Below, in pieces: positions 48,862 through 60,777 of a stretch of DNA of 64,000 nucleotides. The notes under the pieces are model-generated. The model was given only the letters and a program-made list of their open reading frames with translations. It made no database searches and was not told the origin of the DNA. The position numbers were made by a program, and so were the translations under genes. Origin of the DNA: Thermodesulfobacteriota bacterium (GTDB lineage: Bacteria > Desulfobacterota > Desulfobacteria > Desulfobacterales > C00003060); contig JAXHVD010000016.1 of NCBI GenBank assembly GCA_034189385.1, forward strand, positions 38,735-102,734. The letters are read 5' to 3'. Position 1 is the first letter of the stretch; every line of letters starts with the position of its first letter.

Positions 48862-50220
48862 GTGGAAGCCGATAAGTCTCCGATCTTTCAATCCCTTTCA
48901 GAAAACGTGGGCCAGTTCAGCCTTCGGGGCAAGACCTTTTTGATACCAGAGATGAACAGGGTCGGCGCCCACCTCTTGGCCGGTGCCTTCAAGGGTTTCG
49001 GGATTCGTGCCCTAGTGATGGAGACTTACAAAGGGCTTGATCTTGGCAAGCAGTTCACTTCAGGCAAAGAGTGTTTTCCCTGCCAGGTGACGACAGGCGA
49101 CATCCTCTTGTTCATCAAGAAGGAAAAAGAGGCCCTGGGTGACGCGTTTCATCCTGAAAACTACATCTACTTCATGCCTGAGGCCACGGGGCCCTGCCGT
49201 TTTGGGATGTATAACAAGTATCAGAGAATCGTCCTGGATTCTTTCCCTGACCTAAGGAAGCTGAAAATCGGCTCGCTCACCACAGGCGATTCTTACTCAC
49301 TCCAAGGCATGATTGAAAAAGAAGAGGCCAGGGAGTTCAGGAAAGTGGCCTATTTTTCTGTGGTGGTCGGCGACATCTTAGACAGGCTCCTTTGGAGAAT
49401 CAGGCCCTATGAAAAGGAGGCGGGTCTAGCAGATGATTTCATAGAAAGAGCCATGGGGAAAATGGCCTCTTCCTTTGAATATTACGGCGCGAAGAAGGAG
49501 TTCGAGCGTATTCTTCAAGAACTGGAAGAGGTGGTAAAGGAAGGAAAATCAATCATCGACCCTGCCATTTCCCAGAAGCCCCTGGTAGGGATCGTTGGAG
49601 AAATCTACCTGCGAACCCATGTGCACGCCAATCAGCATGTGATCCGCATGCTGGAAAAATACGGGGCAGAAGCAGTCAACGCCTCTCTCTCCGAATGGGT
49701 GGACTACACCACCTATGATAAGGTCAGAGATGCCAGGAACGAGCTGCGGCTGAACCTGAAACAGTTCCGATTTGACAAGATAAGATCATCCCTGAAAGAA
49801 ATCCTGAAATACGGAGGAGACCTGTGTTACCAGTACTTCAGACGTGATCAGGTTTACAAGCGGGTGAAACCCTTCATTGACATTGCCGCGGATCATCGGG
49901 TGAGCCGATTGGAAAAGATCCTTCAAAAAAGCGGCCTCTATTCTTTTGACCTCGGCACAGAGGCCTGTCTGAGTATTGCAGGGATCATGGAGTATATGCA
50001 CGAAGGGTACAATGGCGTTGTCAACGTCTACCCTTTTACCTGTATGCCTAGCACCATCACGTCGTCTGTTGTAAGACCCGTCATGAACAAGATGAAAATC
50101 CCCTTCCTAGACGCCCCATACGATGGGACCTATCAGCCAGGGCGAGAAGCGGCCATAAGGACCTTCATGTACCAGGCAGAACAGCATTTCAAGAGAAACG
50201 GTCGAAAAAGGCACGTCTAG
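48862..50220 (+). CDS. Activase-associated Fe-S protein (hydroxyacyl-CoA dehydratase-like)
   Basis: SGKECFPC, GPCRFG, VGEIYLR, PFTCMP. Confidence 0.8.
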   Translation: MEADKSPIFQSLSENVGQFSLRGKTFLIPEMNRVGAHLLAGAFKGFGIRALVMETYKGLDLGKQFTSGKECFPCQVTTGDILLFIKKEKEALGDAFHPENYIYFMPEATGPCRFGMYNKYQRIVLDSFPDLRKLKIGSLTTGDSYSLQGMIEKEEAREFRKVAYFSVVVGDILDRLLWRIRPYEKEAGLADDFIERAMGKMASSFEYYGAKKEFERILQELEEVVKEGKSIIDPAISQKPLVGIVGEIYLRTHVHANQHVIRMLEKYGAEAVNASLSEWVDYTTYDKVRDARNELRLNLKQFRFDKIRSSLKEILKYGGDLCYQYFRRDQVYKRVKPFIDIAADHRVSRLEKILQKSGLYSFDLGTEACLSIAGIMEYMHEGYNGVVNVYPFTCMPSTITSSVVRPVMNKMKIPFLDAPYDGTYQPGREAAIRTFMYQAEQHFKRNGRKRHV

Positions 50221-51149
50221 CCTTGGCCTGAGAAGTCCACTACCCATCGAAGAAGATTAATGGCAATCAAGATGAAGCCCTCTGCCCTGGAGACCTGAAA
50301 GCCCGTGCGCATAAAGATGACGACAAGGGCGACCATGGCCACCAAAAGGTAGAGGCTTTGGAGACCAATGGCATCAATGTGAAGGGGGCCCAGCATCCCG
50401 GCCAATCCAAGGACGCCTAGGAGGTTGTATAGATCGCTACCGATCAGATTGCCAATAGACATGGCGTATCGTCTCTTTACCGCTGCCATGAGGGACGTGG
50501 CAAACTCAGGTGCCGAGGTCCCAGCTGCCACAATGGTAACGCCAATGACCCATTCGGACAAACCTAGACCCCGGGCCAATGAGGTGGCAGACCATACAAG
50601 GAGGTGGCCGCCTCCGACCACGGCCGCAATCCCCGCTACAAGGACAGGGATGTCTTTCCAGGTAGCCTGCTGTCGATCATCTGTCTCTGTAACCCGTGTC
50701 TTTATCCAAAAAAGGCACGTAATGTAGAGGACAAGGGCAAGAAACAATGCAAGGCCTTCTTTAGGGGCGAGGGTCAGGTCTCTTAGAAAGAAGACCAAGA
50801 CGGAAGACATGGTCAGCAAGAAGAGACCGTCTCGCCACACAATGGCAGGCGAGGTCCTGATGGTTCGGATGGCCGCGCATCCCCCCAGTATGAACCCTAA
50901 GTTAAAAATGTTGGAACCCACCACATTGCTCACCGATATGTCTGCCAGCCCGCGGATAGCAGCATTGACGGTAACGGCGAACTCGGGAGCAGAGGTCCCA
51001 ATGGCCACAACGGTCAGGCCGATGGCAAGATCAGACATCTGGAGTTTTCGGGCAATGCGCACAGCCGAATCGACGACCCATTCAGATCCCTTCCACAATA
51101 ACCCCGTTGATACGGCCACCATGGCCAGGGCCAGGAGCATGCTGGTCAT
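50217..51149 (-). CDS. Calcium/sodium antiporter (YrbG family)
   Basis: Two GTSAPE alpha repeats, NVVGSNIFN. Confidence 0.93.
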   Translation of the reverse strand: MTSMLLALAMVAVSTGLLWKGSEWVVDSAVRIARKLQMSDLAIGLTVVAIGTSAPEFAVTVNAAIRGLADISVSNVVGSNIFNLGFILGGCAAIRTIRTSPAIVWRDGLFLLTMSSVLVFFLRDLTLAPKEGLALFLALVLYITCLFWIKTRVTETDDRQQATWKDIPVLVAGIAAVVGGGHLLVWSATSLARGLGLSEWVIGVTIVAAGTSAPEFATSLMAAVKRRYAMSIGNLIGSDLYNLLGVLGLAGMLGPLHIDAIGLQSLYLLVAMVALVVIFMRTGFQVSRAEGFILIAINLLRWVVDFSGQG

Positions 51150-52072
51150 GGCCTTCGTCCTGGTTCGGCAAGGGGTTTGGTTTGTCCGAAGGCGTCAATG
51201 TCGTGCAAGGCAGCCCTTTGCTTGAGGTTTTTGAACCTGGCCGGCAGGCTCGAGTACTCATGGGCTTCGGCAACACGTCCGCGCTTTAGACAGCCTTGCG
51301 CATAAATGGCACACTTTTTTGACAGGGTTTCCATAGCCGCTTTGCGCTGCATCGGGGTCAAGCCCCCTTCTGGGGGGTTCTCAAGGATCTTCACCAGGGC
51401 ATAGATCCTAAAACGGTCCAAGCCCCGTTGTCTTGAAAGCTGGTCTTGGTGGCCACCCCGCTTGATGACAAGAGGTGTGCCAATGAGATAGATTGGAAAG
51501 CGGCAGGCAATCCTGAGCCAAAGATCGTAGTCTTCGCAAGCGGGCAGCGTCTCGTCAAAGCACCCCACCTCATCCAGAAGGCTTCGTCGCATCATAACCG
51601 CCGAGGGACTGACCAGGCACAATTCCAGGCTGCGCTCAAAGATCATGCCTGACGGCTTGTGGTGTCGCACCTTGGGGTTGACCCGCACACCATTTCTTAT
51701 CCAGGTTTCCTCGGTCTGGCAAATGAGCGCATGAGGGTGACGGTTCAAAAAGGCGATTTGAGCCATCAGCTTTTCTGGGAGCCAAAGGTCGTCAGAGTCA
51801 AGAAAGGCAAGGAACCGACCCGAGGCCCGGGCGATGCCGGCGTTGCGGGCCGCACTGACGCCGCGGTGGTCCTGTGTCACGACACAGACCTGGGGATAGG
51901 ACTTGAGGAGTTCATGGGTGGTGTCCGTTGAGCCATCGTCTACGACAATGACTTCGAAGTCCTCAAAGTCTTGGGCCAGAGCAGAATCAATGGCTTCTTT
52001 CAGGAACAATGCACGATTGTAGGTAGGAATGACAACACTTACCGTTGGCATAGGTAGTATCATATAAACCAC
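51146..52072 (-). CDS. Family 2 glycosyltransferase
   Basis: SVVIPTYNR, VDDGSTD, FLDSDD, CEDYDLWLR; start may be MPTVSV. Confidence 0.93.
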   Translation of the reverse strand: MVYMILPMPTVSVVIPTYNRALFLKEAIDSALAQDFEDFEVIVVDDGSTDTTHELLKSYPQVCVVTQDHRGVSAARNAGIARASGRFLAFLDSDDLWLPEKLMAQIAFLNRHPHALICQTEETWIRNGVRVNPKVRHHKPSGMIFERSLELCLVSPSAVMMRRSLLDEVGCFDETLPACEDYDLWLRIACRFPIYLIGTPLVIKRGGHQDQLSRQRGLDRFRIYALVKILENPPEGGLTPMQRKAAMETLSKKCAIYAQGCLKRGRVAEAHEYSSLPARFKNLKQRAALHDIDAFGQTKPLAEPGRRP

Positions 52073-52122
52073 AGGAAGGGACGTTTTTCAAATCTTTTTC
52101 ATGATGTCTGGGTTGTGTCTAG

Positions 52123-52322
52123 ACGGGCTGTTGCCCAAACAAGAATTCCTTTGCGCGGGCATTAAGGCGTTCTTTGCCAACAAATGTTGGCGAAGGGGAA
52201 GACGAGCGATGTCAACTGCTTGATCCGCCGCGGCGGAGAGTTTTGACATCGCCTGGAGCGAGCCCCACATTTGTCAAAAAACGCTTTAGCCCAAGCGAAA
52301 AGGGATTTGGGCAACAGCCCGT
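52123..52322. mobile_element. 200-bp MITE
   Basis: Perfect 17-bp terminal inverted repeat ACGGGCTGTTGCCCAAA/TTTGGGCAACAGCCCGT, nested internal palindromes, no transposase. Confidence 0.8.
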
Positions 52323-52581
52323 AGAGAAGAGACCGTCGCACCTGCTGCTAGCCATGTGCTTAATAGGGGCTCTGTTGTTTTTGTTTTCTCTGGGGTACAC
52401 CTTGCGGCCCACTGGCTGGGTCGAGCTTGCCTTAAAATCCCTGTTCCACCAAGGCCAATGCTCATCCAGCCGGGAGCCCTTTCCGTGGCCCATTGTATCA
52501 TGAAGGGTGCGGTCAATTTCGGTTGGGACACCGTGATTCAGGCTCCGGGCAAAGCATGCTCTCAAAAACAGAAAAAAACCT

Positions 52582-52610
52582 TTGACAAGACGTCCGCATT
52601 GGTGTATAGA
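52582..52610 (+). promoter_or_regulatory. Sigma-70 promoter of the atp operon
   Basis: TTGACA-N17-TATAGA preceded by an A-rich UP element. Confidence 0.75.
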
Positions 52611-52700
52611 CGGAGCGTTTTTCGGCCAGAACGGACGCAGTTATATCTCTTGCCGTCCCAAGAAGTAAACCCTCAGGAGTTAGAAAGTGGGAGTTGGTCT

Positions 52701-53132
52701 ATGGCAATTATTCCTGATTGGACACTGTTTCTGCAGATGGCGAATTTCATCATCCTGATCCTCATCTTGAATGTTGTCCTCTACAAACCCATCCGTAACA
52801 TTCTCAATGAAAGAAAGAAGAAGATCCACGATGCGGAAGAGGACATAGAGAATGCGAAGCAGAATGCTGAGGAAGCGCAGCAAGCCTTTAAGACGAAGAT
52901 GGGTGATGCCAAGTTGAAAGGGCACCAGGAAAAGGAGGCCCTGAAACAAGCCGGCCAGGATGAAGAAAAGCGCCTTTTGGACGAGATGAACCAACAGGCG
53001 CAAGCAGAGTTGGAGGCCGTGCGTGCTCAGATCGCCAAAGACGCCGAGGCTGCCAGGGGCAAATTGAAAGGTGAGATAGAGGCCTACTCAGGCGCTATTG
53101 CAGAAAAGATATTGGGGAGGGCTGTATCATGA
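52701..53132 (+). CDS. ATP synthase F0 subunit b'
   Basis: PDWTLFLQMANF...LYKPI, coiled coil, IAEKILGR. Confidence 0.92.
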   Translation: MAIIPDWTLFLQMANFIILILILNVVLYKPIRNILNERKKKIHDAEEDIENAKQNAEEAQQAFKTKMGDAKLKGHQEKEALKQAGQDEEKRLLDEMNQQAQAELEAVRAQIAKDAEAARGKLKGEIEAYSGAIAEKILGRAVS

Positions 53133-53734
53133 GAGTGTTTAGCACCATAGGAAAAGCACGCTATGCGGTCATCCTCCTTGTGGTTGTCTCGGTCCTCTTT
53201 GCCGTGGGTTCGGTTTTCGCTTCCTCAGGCGGAGGGCACGGTGAAGGGGGGATGGACAAGACCAAGGATCTGATCTGGCGCACGATGAATTTCGTGGTCC
53301 TGGCAGGCGGATTGTTTTTTCTCCTCCGTAAACCCGTTGCCCAAGGCTTGGAGGCGCGCCGTCAAGGGATCAGGGACCAGTTGGATGACCTGGAGAATCA
53401 GAAGGCAGAGGCCGCAAAAGAGCTTGGCGAATACAAGGCCAAGCTAGCCCGTCTGGACAAGGAAATAGGTAAGATCGTAGCTGAATACGTCAAGGATGGG
53501 GAGGCCGCCAAGGCAAAAATCATAGAAGAGGCGAAGGGGGCCGCTGAGAAACTCCAGGCACAGGCCAAGAAGAATATTGAACACGAGTTTCAGAAGGCAA
53601 GACAAGAGTTGAAGGCAGAGATGTCCGAGCAGGCGGTGAGCATGGCAGAGGCCTTGATTAAAAAGAGCATAAATGATGATGACCAGAAGCGCATCGTTGA
53701 CGAATACTTGACAAAGGTGGTGGTAGCCCAGTGA
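53129..53734 (+). CDS. atpF: ATP synthase F0 subunit b
   Basis: IWRTMNFVVL...RKPV, coiled coil. Confidence 0.92.
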   Translation: MRVFSTIGKARYAVILLVVVSVLFAVGSVFASSGGGHGEGGMDKTKDLIWRTMNFVVLAGGLFFLLRKPVAQGLEARRQGIRDQLDDLENQKAEAAKELGEYKAKLARLDKEIGKIVAEYVKDGEAAKAKIIEEAKGAAEKLQAQAKKNIEHEFQKARQELKAEMSEQAVSMAEALIKKSINDDDQKRIVDEYLTKVVVAQ

Positions 53735-54282
53735 TAAATGCAAGGATTGCCAGAAGGTATGCCAAGGCGTTGTTAGCCATTGGTAAGGAAGACGGCCAGG
53801 CGGATACTTACAAAGAAGAGTTGGCTGGTTTTGCCAAGCTCGTGGATGAAAACAAAGAGCTGGAGCAGGCCATCTCCAACCCGCTATATGATGCTGAGAG
53901 TCGAAAGAAGGTTCTCATTGCGGTCATCGAAAAGGCGGCCCCCTCAAAGATAATGAGTGCCTTTTTGTCCCTCTTGTTCGACAAAGGGAGGATCCAGTAC
54001 CTGGGGGATATCTATGTCTATTATGAGAAGTTGACAGATGAGCTTGCCAACATCATCAGGGCGGATGTGGCCTCGGCTGTAGAACTTCCTGACGAGACCG
54101 TGGAGAAGATCAAGGCTTCCCTTTCTGAACAGACAGGGAAGAAAGTGAATGTCGAAGCCACGGTGGATCCTTCCTTGATAGGGGGGGTCGTGACTAAAAT
54201 TGGGGATTTGGTCTTGGATGGAAGCGTGAGAACGCAGTTAATAAGTCTTAAAGAATCTTTGCAAAGGGGTGAGGGAATCTGA
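53731..54282 (+). CDS. atpH: ATP synthase F1 subunit delta
   Basis: [24 protein letters not shown]. Confidence 0.96.
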   Translation: MINARIARRYAKALLAIGKEDGQADTYKEELAGFAKLVDENKELEQAISNPLYDAESRKKVLIAVIEKAAPSKIMSAFLSLLFDKGRIQYLGDIYVYYEKLTDELANIIRADVASAVELPDETVEKIKASLSEQTGKKVNVEATVDPSLIGGVVTKIGDLVLDGSVRTQLISLKESLQRGEGI

Positions 54283-55799
54283 TGGAAATCAAAGCCGAAG
54301 AGATCAGTGACATTATTAAAGGTCAGATCAAGGACTATGACAAGAAGGTAGACGTGAGTGAAACCGGAACCATCTTGTCCGTTGGTGATGGGATTGCCAG
54401 GGTCTACGGTGTGGAAAAGGCCATGTCCATGGAGCTCCTCGAGTTTCCCCATGGGATCATGGGCCTGGTCCTCAATCTGGAAGAGGACAATGTGGGTGTG
54501 GCAATCATGGGTGAGGACATCGAGCTTCAGGAAGGCGACACCTGCAAGCGTACCGGTAAGATCGCTCAGGTGCCTGTAGGCGATGCCATGCTGGGTCGCG
54601 TGGTGGACTCCCTGGGGCAGCCGTTGGATGGTAAGGGGCCTATTGATGCGAAGGAGTTTCGTCGCGTGGAGTTGGTTGCTCCTGGTGTTATTGCCCGGAA
54701 AGGCGTCCATGAGCCCATGTACACGGGTCTCAAATCCATTGACGCCATGACCCCTGTGGGCCGCGGCCAGCGCGAGCTCGTCATTGGTGACCGGCAGATC
54801 GGGAAGACCGCCGTTGGTGTAGATGCCATCATCAATCAGAAGAACACGGATGTAAAATGCATCTATGTGGCCTGTGGTCAGAAAAAATCTACCGTCGCCC
54901 AGGTGGTGGACGTGCTGGAAAAAAACGGCGCCATGGAGTACACCACGGTCATTTCGGCATGTGCCAGTGACCCGGCGACCCTTCAGTACATCGGTCCCTA
55001 TTCCGGAACGGCTATGGGGGAATACTATCGGGACAGCGGCCAGCATGCCCTGATCGTGTATGACGATCTTTCAAAGCAGGCGGCAGCCTATCGTCAGATT
55101 TCCCTTCTTTTGAGACGTCCCCCGGGACGGGAGGCCTATCCCGGTGACATTTTTTTCAACCACTCCCGACTTCTGGAGCGCTCTGCCAAGCTCAACGACG
55201 AACTAGGGGCCGGTTCTTTAACCTCGCTTCCTATTATCGAAACACAGGCGGGCGACGTTTCGGCCTATATTCCTACGAACGTTATTTCTATTACGGATGG
55301 TCAGATATACTTGGAGCCAGCCCTATTTTTCTCGGGCGTTCGACCAGCCATTAACGTTGGCCTTTCCGTTTCACGGGTGGGCGGTGCTGCCCAGGTAAAG
55401 GCCATGAAGCAGGTAGCTGGTTCTTTGCGTTTGGACCTTGCCCAGTTCCGTGAGCTTGAGGCCTTTGCGGCCTTCGGCAGTGACTTGGACAAGGCCACCC
55501 AACAGCAGCTGACCCGCGGGACCCGTCTCGTGGAAATCCTGAAACAACCCCAGTACCAGCCTCTTCCCTTGGAAAAGCAGGTGGCGATTCTGTATGCCGG
55601 AACGAAGGGCTTTCTGGACAAGTATCCGGTTGAAGTCTTGGGCAAGTATGAGGCCGGACTGTACGCGTTCATAGAAAGCAAGTATCCTCAGATCTTTAGC
55701 GAGCTTGCCGAGAAAAACGAGATTAGCGACAGCTTGAACGAGACTATGGCCAAGGCACTTTCCGAGTACGACGAGGAATTCAAGGACACGATCAAGTAG
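54282..55799 (+). CDS. atpA: ATP synthase F1 subunit alpha
   Basis: [20 protein letters not shown]. Confidence 0.99.
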   Translation: MEIKAEEISDIIKGQIKDYDKKVDVSETGTILSVGDGIARVYGVEKAMSMELLEFPHGIMGLVLNLEEDNVGVAIMGEDIELQEGDTCKRTGKIAQVPVGDAMLGRVVDSLGQPLDGKGPIDAKEFRRVELVAPGVIARKGVHEPMYTGLKSIDAMTPVGRGQRELVIGDRQIGKTAVGVDAIINQKNTDVKCIYVACGQKKSTVAQVVDVLEKNGAMEYTTVISACASDPATLQYIGPYSGTAMGEYYRDSGQHALIVYDDLSKQAAAYRQISLLLRRPPGREAYPGDIFFNHSRLLERSAKLNDELGAGSLTSLPIIETQAGDVSAYIPTNVISITDGQIYLEPALFFSGVRPAINVGLSVSRVGGAAQVKAMKQVAGSLRLDLAQFRELEAFAAFGSDLDKATQQQLTRGTRLVEILKQPQYQPLPLEKQVAILYAGTKGFLDKYPVEVLGKYEAGLYAFIESKYPQIFSELAEKNEISDSLNETMAKALSEYDEEFKDTIK

Positions 55800-55835
55800 T
55801 TGTTTGTGCGCCATACTTGTGTATAGGGGTAATAT

Positions 55836-56738
55836 ATGCCGACACTCAAAGAAGTAGAGTTGAAGATCACAGCGGTCAAGAAGACGCAGAAAATCACCAA
55901 GGCGATGAACATGGTGGCGGCCTCAAAGCTCAGTCGGGCTCAGGAGAAGATGGAGGCCTTCAGGCCCTATGCCAACAAGTTCGCAGAGGTTCTAGGCAGT
56001 CTGGCCGAACGTGCGGGGGGAGATGAGGAAAACGCCCCGCCGCTGCTTGTGCCGCGGGCAGAAGTGAAGACTGTCAATGTGGTCCTCATGACCTCTGATC
56101 GTGGTCTGTGTGGTAGTTTCAACACCAACCTCATTGCCAGGTGTGAGAAACTCCTGAAGGAGAATGCCGATCAGGGTATTGAAACACGACTTATCTGCAT
56201 GGGTAAGAAGGGAAGGGACTACTTTCGCCGGAGGAAGGCCAACATTGCAGGTGACTACGTGGGTGTTGTGGGCGCTCGCTTCGGGTTCAACGTGGCAATT
56301 AACGCCGGAAGAGGGCTCATTGACGCCTTTCTCGAGGGCGAAACCGATGAAGTCCACATGATTTTTTCTGAGTTTGTCTCCATGGCTAGGCAAGCCCCCA
56401 CCCTACAGCAGCTTCTTCCTATCACCAGTGTTGAAAAGGCAAAAGAAGCTGAGGCGAAAGAGGACGTAGGCTACATCGCTGAGCATATCTGTGAGCCCTC
56501 GGTAGAGGAACTCATGGCTGAAATGCTTCCCAAGCAGGTCTATGTGCAGCTTTATAAGGGCTTGCTCGAGACTTCAACGAGTGAGCATGCATCCCGCATG
56601 GCGGCCATGGACAATGCCACGAAGAACTGTAAGGAGATGGTCGAAAGCCTCACCCTGGCCTACAACAAGGCCCGCCAGGCGGCCATTACAGCGGAGCTTA
56701 TGGACATCGTGGGTGGTGCAGAGGCCTTGAAAGGATAA
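55836..56738 (+). CDS. atpG: ATP synthase F1 subunit gamma
   Basis: KITKAMNMVAA, SDRGLCG, RQAAITAEL. Confidence 0.99.
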   Translation: MPTLKEVELKITAVKKTQKITKAMNMVAASKLSRAQEKMEAFRPYANKFAEVLGSLAERAGGDEENAPPLLVPRAEVKTVNVVLMTSDRGLCGSFNTNLIARCEKLLKENADQGIETRLICMGKKGRDYFRRRKANIAGDYVGVVGARFGFNVAINAGRGLIDAFLEGETDEVHMIFSEFVSMARQAPTLQQLLPITSVEKAKEAEAKEDVGYIAEHICEPSVEELMAEMLPKQVYVQLYKGLLETSTSEHASRMAAMDNATKNCKEMVESLTLAYNKARQAAITAELMDIVGGAEALKG

Positions 56739-56760
56739 GATTGGAAGGGGAATCAAGTAG

Positions 56761-58218
<1,458 letters not shown>

Positions 58219-58239
58219 CGATTAAGGGATAGGTGCATT

Positions 58240-58653
58240 ATGGCAGGTAATATCATGTTGGAAGTGGTGACCCCTGACAGATCCGTGGTGAGCGAAGAGG
58301 CTCAGATCGTGGTGGCACCAGGAGAATTCGGTGAATTTGGCGTGCTGATTGGCCACACCTCGTTCCTAACCACCCTGAAAACAGGGATGGTGAGGTACAA
58401 AGACGGCGGTGGTAGTGAACGGGCTGTGTTTGTGAGCGGCGGGTTTTCAGAGGTTTTGCCCAACAAGGTCACCATATTGGCCGAATCAGCAGAAAGGCGT
58501 CGTGACATAGACGTTGAACGGGCCAAGGCAGCCATGAAACGGGCGGAAGAACGATTGGCTGAGGCCAGCAGGAGGGAAGACGTCGATTTTAGAAGGGCCG
58601 AGGTGGCGCTGCAAAGGGCTATTATCAGGATGAAGATCGCGGGCGCGGTATAG
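58240..58653 (+). CDS. atpC: ATP synthase F1 subunit epsilon
   Basis: [24 protein letters not shown]. Confidence 0.97.
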   Translation: MAGNIMLEVVTPDRSVVSEEAQIVVAPGEFGEFGVLIGHTSFLTTLKTGMVRYKDGGGSERAVFVSGGFSEVLPNKVTILAESAERRRDIDVERAKAAMKRAEERLAEASRREDVDFRRAEVALQRAIIRMKIAGAV

Positions 58654-58688
58654 TGTAAGCGTCCGGGTCCATTTTAGCAGATAAAAAA

Positions 58689-58723
58689 GAAGGGGGCAGA
58701 TCATTAGATCTGCCCCCTTTTCT
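58689..58723 (+). terminator. Intrinsic terminator of the atp operon
   Basis: AAGGGGGCAGATC-ATTA-GATCTGCCCCCTTTT. Confidence 0.85.
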
Positions 58724-58741
58724 GTGCTAAGGAAGGGGGTT

Positions 58742-59491
58742 ATGGAAAAGGTCTCGGTCATCATACTGGCAGCTGGTAAGGGGACGCGCATGAAGTCTGA
58801 CAGGGCAAAGGTGCTCCATGAGTTAGGCGGAATCCCCATGATTCGGTATGTCGTCCACACAGCTTTGGCTGTGGTGAAGGATGTGGTGGTGGTAATTGGC
58901 CATCAGGCCGAAAGCGTGCGGCGTGTCCTCTCTGACTTTCCTTCCCTCCTGTTTGCCGTCCAGGAGGAACAGCTCGGCACCGGGCATGCGGTGATGACTG
59001 CCATGCCATTGATTGCGGACACGATGCGAGATGCTGTGATCCTTTGCGGGGACACCCCTTTGATCCAGGCCCAAACTATTGAGGTCCTCATCAAGGAGCA
59101 CAGGGCCCGCCAAGTCGATCTAACCGTTGCAACGACTAGGCTTGACGAGCCCTTTGGATACGGTAGGATCATCTGTGATGCCCAAAGACGTGTCATGCGT
59201 ATCGTGGAAGAGGCCGATGCCAGCGACTCAGAGAAGAAGATCGACACTGTGAACAGTGGCACCTACTGTGCGAAGGCGGCCTTTTTGAGGAGGTTTTTGC
59301 CAGATTTGAGGGACGACAACGCCCAAAGTGAATTCTACTTGACCGACGTGGTAGAAAAGGCCTACCAAAGGGGTATCCCCGCTGCCGTTGTTGACGTCTC
59401 TAATAGCCTGGAGGTACTGGGCGTCAACACGATGGACGATTTGGCAAGGGCCGAGGCGTCTTGTAGAGAGATGGTTGACCATGGTGGTTAA
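58742..59491 (+). CDS. glmU: GlmU-like uridyltransferase domain only (no acetyltransferase domain)
   Basis: ILAAGKGTRMKS, QLGTGHAV, GYGRI, EFYLTD; stop soon after GVN. Confidence 0.85.
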   Translation: MEKVSVIILAAGKGTRMKSDRAKVLHELGGIPMIRYVVHTALAVVKDVVVVIGHQAESVRRVLSDFPSLLFAVQEEQLGTGHAVMTAMPLIADTMRDAVILCGDTPLIQAQTIEVLIKEHRARQVDLTVATTRLDEPFGYGRIICDAQRRVMRIVEEADASDSEKKIDTVNSGTYCAKAAFLRRFLPDLRDDNAQSEFYLTDVVEKAYQRGIPAAVVDVSNSLEVLGVNTMDDLARAEASCREMVDHGG

Positions 59492-59498
59492 TTTTCTC

Positions 59499-59528
59499 TT
59501 GACTCTTTGTGCCCTGGCTGTGTATAGT
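59499..59528 (+). promoter_or_regulatory. Sigma-70 promoter of zapB-zapA-ssrS
   Basis: TTGACT-N18-TATAGT with TG extension. Confidence 0.6.
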
Positions 59529-59577
59529 ATGGCAAGTTTATTGGAAAAATTTGAGACGGTTTTTTCCGGAGCCAGAA

Positions 59578-59853
59578 TTGGAACAAGACAGTATCCCAGA
59601 GCAGTTTGGAAGACTTGAAGAGAAGGTAGGACAGCTGGTTGACAGGTGTCACACTCTTGAGCGTGCCAAAGCGGACTTAGAGGCAAAGATCAGACATTTG
59701 GAAGAGGTGGTAAGGTCTAAAGATGCCGCTGAAGAGCAGCACGTGGAAGAAAAAGGGATGATTAAGTCAAGAATTGACCACTTGCTTTCCAGGTTGGATC
59801 AAGCGGTGGATTCAGACGGAACTCCTTTGAAAACAGAGACTTTTAGCACCTAG
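59578..59853 (+). CDS. zapB: ZapB-like coiled-coil cell division protein
   Basis: FGRLEEKVGQL...IKSRIDHLL; position upstream of zapA; TTG start with GGAG RBS. Confidence 0.7.
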   Translation: MEQDSIPEQFGRLEEKVGQLVDRCHTLERAKADLEAKIRHLEEVVRSKDAAEEQHVEEKGMIKSRIDHLLSRLDQAVDSDGTPLKTETFST

Positions 59854-59885
59854 CCTACGACATTTGGAAATGGGTCTCAGTCTTT

Positions 59886-60164
59886 GTGGACCGAGTAATC
59901 AGCATAGAGCTCTTTGGGCAAACCTACAGGTTCCGGACAGATGCGTCACTTGTGCACGCCGAGAAGATCGTGGACTATGTAGCCCAACAGGTACAAAAAG
60001 CTGGAGCCGGGGGTGACATTCCAGGTAAACTCGATACCGTGATCCTGGCGGCGTTAAACATTGCCAATGACTACTTTGAGATGAAACGGTGCCGGGACGA
60101 ACTGGCACTGGACATTGACAAGCGGTGCAGCGTCTTGATCGACACTATTGATACCAACGCGTAA
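59886..60164 (+). CDS. zapA: Cell division protein ZapA
   Basis: IELFGQTY, ILAALNIANDY. Confidence 0.92.
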   Translation: MDRVISIELFGQTYRFRTDASLVHAEKIVDYVAQQVQKAGAGGDIPGKLDTVILAALNIANDYFEMKRCRDELALDIDKRCSVLIDTIDTNA

Positions 60165-60183
60165 TTGAGAGGCAATTCGGGCG

Positions 60184-60367
60184 AGACCCCTGCCGTGCTC
60201 GTGATCAGTGGGTTTTTCTTTGAGCCAACACTTACGAAACGGGAACCTTCCCTTGCTTTGGTGTGCATGTCCCGCCTTCAGTGGGAAAGCCTAAAGAAGC
60301 AACAAGGTGCCCACCTGTGCGAACAGGTTCAACAGAGGCTGCTGACACGACACCTTGGCGGGGGAAC
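60184..60367 (+). ncRNA. ssrS: 6S RNA
   Basis: Follows zapA; closing stem CCCCTGCC/GGCGGGGG, TTGAGCC...GGTTCAA, about 185-nt rod; ends approximate. Confidence 0.88.
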
Positions 60368-60777
60368 CCCTTCAGCATATAGGAACAAGAGGGTTAAAGA
60401 AGTAGAGCCATTCACGTGACTGAAGATATATGGGAAAACACAGTGCGCCCCGCAAATACTCTGGATTCTGTGAATCGAGCCGGGACAGGACATGGTCCTG
60501 ACTGCACACCCCGGGCGATACCTGCCCATTCAGCCAAATGGCGAATGCAGAAGGCACTGTCAAAGGCCACACAGGGTTTTCATTGCCTGAAAAGCCGAGA
60601 TCGTTGCCCTAGCTTCTTGTAGCTCTTCCCGTAGGACGTTGTGTCTCCACGGTTTTCTCGCCCCTCAGACTTCTTTGCCAAGTGTTCACCGTTTTTCCAT
60701 GAACACATGCGAGCCATGACAGGGACCCGCGTTGGGTCACGGCAATGAGTTCATCCTGACATAGGGGGACACTCGTA

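Noticed and set aside
54021..55046. 341-aa minus-strand ORF, and similar ones at 56776-57396, 61249-61794 and 62787-63455
   Set aside because: Antisense shadows of atpA, atpD, rny and tyrS arising from codon bias
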